Shown: one piece after another, positions 61,768-64,000 of the stretch
Position numbering within the stretch: position 1 is the stretch's first letter
How the letters are laid out: every line of letters starts with the position of its first letter
Source of the DNA: Candidatus Poribacteria bacterium
GTDB lineage: Bacteria > Poribacteria > WGA-4E > WGA-3G
Assembly: GCA_965242965.1 (NCBI GenBank)
Contig: OZ251518.1
Location: 3,616,001-3,680,000 of the forward strand
DNA: 64,000 nt
Direction of reading: 5' to 3'
The notes under the pieces: model-generated
What the model was told of the DNA's origin: nothing
What the model saw: the letters and a program-made list of their open reading frames with translations, nothing else
Databases searched by the model: none
Translations under genes and position numbers: made by a program

Positions 61768-63660
61768 CTAATAACGGATAATCGTCGTTGAATCGCCGAC
61801 AGCCCACAGCTGCCCACTCGGCGTTTTCACAATATCGTGCAGGTGGTTCATCGTGGGAGATTCCTGCATCAACCACGTCACGCCGCCATCGGCAGTCTGC
61901 AGAATAGTGCCGGCATCACCGACAGCCCATCCCTCATTTTCGTTGAGGAAAAGGATGGCGTTGAGGTTTGCATCCGTCGGCACCGTTTGCTCTGTCCACT
62001 CCATGCCGCCGTCCGTGGAAGCCATGATGGTGCCTTGTTCACCAACTACCCATACCTTCTGTTTGTTCAGTCCGAAGGCATCTTTTAACGCGGCACCCTG
62101 CAGCATCGGCATCCATGTGAGCCCGCCATCGGTTGTCTTGATAATCGTGCCGGCATCGCCGACTACCCAGCCGACTTTATCGTCAATGAAATGAACACCG
62201 TATAGGTTGTTAAAGCCGGCACCTGTCATGCCCGGGTCGCACTCTTGTCCGAGCCAGGTTTGCCCACCATCGCTGGTATGCATCACTCTGCCAGTTTCGC
62301 CGACTGCCCAGGCGTGCGTTGCGGAACCGAAACTCAGTGCATAAGAGCCCATCGCGCTGCGCCAGCTCATCGGGCCTTCAAACTTAATACGCTGTGCCGT
62401 GCCGTGGCCTTCATCACCCGGGTCGCTGAGGTCTGCCCAGGTAGCACCCCCATCAAGCGTTTCAGCTAGTGCTGCATTGCTCCCGACGATATAGCCTTTC
62501 GTTTCACTCACAAACCCGACACCGAACAATTCAAAGACGTTTCCGCTGTTTTGGGGCATCCACGTCTTGCCGCCATCGTTTGTATGCATTAGCGCGCCCG
62601 CTAAGCCGACTGCCCAACCGAGCCGGTTATCGTAAAAATCGACTGCGCGTAGGTTGCTCAAATTAGAGACAACCTCCCAGGTTTGTCCACCATCCGAACT
62701 GTGCAGGATAGTAGCGGCATCGCCGACTATCCACGCCTCATTCTGGTTCACCATGTGCACGCCTTGGAGTCGCGCGGCGACAGGACGCGGTGCCAAGGGT
62801 GCCCAGGTTGTACCGCCATCGGTTGTGCGTAAGATGACACCGAACTCCGCCGCGGCGATGCCTACATTTTCATCGGCGAAGTGGACATCCCAAATCGGTT
62901 CGGGCATTCCGTTAGAGTGCGGGACACGACTCTCCTGAGCGGCCCACTCTGCGCCGTTCATGGTAGCCACGACGGCACCGCCGGAACCTACTGCCCAGCC
63001 GGTGCTACCGTTCAACATGAAAAGGGCATCGAGTGTTTGCACCGTGGCACTCGTCTGGAACTGCCAATTCTGTCCACCGTCAGTCGTATGGAGAAGAGTG
63101 CCGCCGCCGCCGGCCGCCCAGCCTGTGTTGGCATCAACGAAGGAGATACCTTCCAGGACGTTATTCGTGCCGACCTCCTGCTTTGTCCATGTCGTGCCGC
63201 CATTTGCGGTGCTGATGATGAGCCCACTATCACCACTGGCCCAGCCGTGCTGTTCGTCCACAAAAGAGACGGCTAACAGCGCGGTGTAGGTGTCGGTATT
63301 CTTTTTCATCCACGTCACACCGCCATCGGTTGTCTTGAGCACCGTGCCGTTGTCGCCCACAACCCATCCCAACTTCGGGCTAACAAACCGAACCTTCTTC
63401 AACTCAATATCAAAAGGTAGAGGTTGACTCGGCTGATTCTCCCACGACATGCCGCCATCGGCGGTATGCAGGATGGTAGAATTGCTCCCTACAATCCACC
63501 CATGCTGTTCATCGACAAAAAAGACATCGGAAAAGGTGGCGTTCCACTGCGACTCGCTCATCTTCTCCCACATTTTCTGTGCCTGCGCGAACGGAGCGGC
63601 GCAAAGCATCAGCACCGCCACCGTCACCGTCGCCGTTAACATTTTAATTCTGAATTTCAT
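61768..63660 (-). CDS. YCF48-like beta-propeller (BNR/Asp-box repeats) secreted protein
   Basis: Repeated GW.VG..G.IL.T.DGG.TW motif. Confidence 0.9.
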   Translation of the reverse strand: MKFRIKMLTATVTVAVLMLCAAPFAQAQKMWEKMSESQWNATFSDVFFVDEQHGWIVGSNSTILHTADGGMSWENQPSQPLPFDIELKKVRFVSPKLGWVVGDNGTVLKTTDGGVTWMKKNTDTYTALLAVSFVDEQHGWASGDSGLIISTANGGTTWTKQEVGTNNVLEGISFVDANTGWAAGGGGTLLHTTDGGQNWQFQTSATVQTLDALFMLNGSTGWAVGSGGAVVATMNGAEWAAQESRVPHSNGMPEPIWDVHFADENVGIAAAEFGVILRTTDGGTTWAPLAPRPVAARLQGVHMVNQNEAWIVGDAATILHSSDGGQTWEVVSNLSNLRAVDFYDNRLGWAVGLAGALMHTNDGGKTWMPQNSGNVFELFGVGFVSETKGYIVGSNAALAETLDGGATWADLSDPGDEGHGTAQRIKFEGPMSWRSAMGSYALSFGSATHAWAVGETGRVMHTSDGGQTWLGQECDPGMTGAGFNNLYGVHFIDDKVGWVVGDAGTIIKTTDGGLTWMPMLQGAALKDAFGLNKQKVWVVGEQGTIMASTDGGMEWTEQTVPTDANLNAILFLNENEGWAVGDAGTILQTADGGVTWLMQESPTMNHLHDIVKTPSGQLWAVGDSTTIIRY

Positions 63661-63721
63661 CGTTGCCTCCTGAAAAGTTCATTGATGGTGCAAATCCACA
63701 CCAAAGATGCTAGTAAAATAT

Positions 63722-63751
63722 AGTATACACTATTTCCGAGTTCCTTGTCAA
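63722..63751 (-). promoter_or_regulatory. Sigma70-type promoter
   Basis: TTGACA-18-TATACT. Confidence 0.6.
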
Positions 63752-63763
63752 GAGAAATTATTT

Positions 63764-64000
63764 GAGGGTGTTTCATAAATCGCCCAACGTCGCGGTGACA
63801 GGGCCCCGCTACGGTGAAAAAACGGGGAATTGCCGGTAGGAGAGCCCTCCCGGTCTCGATGTTCCCGTAGCGCGGGGGCCCTCGGAGGTTTCCATCCGCG
63901 CATCCGAGCGGGTTTCCCCCGCGAGCTCCATCGTCAAGATGTTTTCCCCTGTCTGTAGTTTGTGATCGCCTGATCACAAACGGGTCAGGATCTGGCGATC
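63764..64000. mobile_element. MITE-like element start with REP cargo, truncated by the window end
   Basis: GAGGGTGTTTCATAAATCGCCCAACGTCGCGG. Confidence 0.75.

Overview
Gene-dense bacterial window. By inference it resembles Candidatus Poribacteria: LamG proteins with a C-terminal K-x-x-T-T-W motif, an LRR-Big-dockerin protein, PhyH dioxygenases, a sulfatase and a PorV-like protein. It holds about 48 CDSs, mostly carbohydrate and redox metabolism, transport and envelope functions. It also carries a Type ISP/IIG-like R-M gene, an orphan Mod-type methyltransferase frameshifted at a G11 tract, two TA pairs, an FRG-TPR gene, a DprA-nuclease fusion, an archaeal-type pantoate kinase and a TnpB-only IS200/IS605 element. 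The most striking signal is non-coding: by hand tally about 9-10 kb (about 15%) is a combinatorial set of GTAG-headed palindromes (REP/REPIN-like, at least 6 families, with compensatory stem changes). Several clusters sit inside a MITE-like shell (GAGGGTGTTTCATAA...TTATGAAACACCCTC) with 8-9 bp target-site duplications but different cargo. The same palindromes have entered at least four protein-coding genes in frame and supply stop codons to others. No RAYT or DDE transposase is encoded here. All family calls come from motif recognition; no database search was run.
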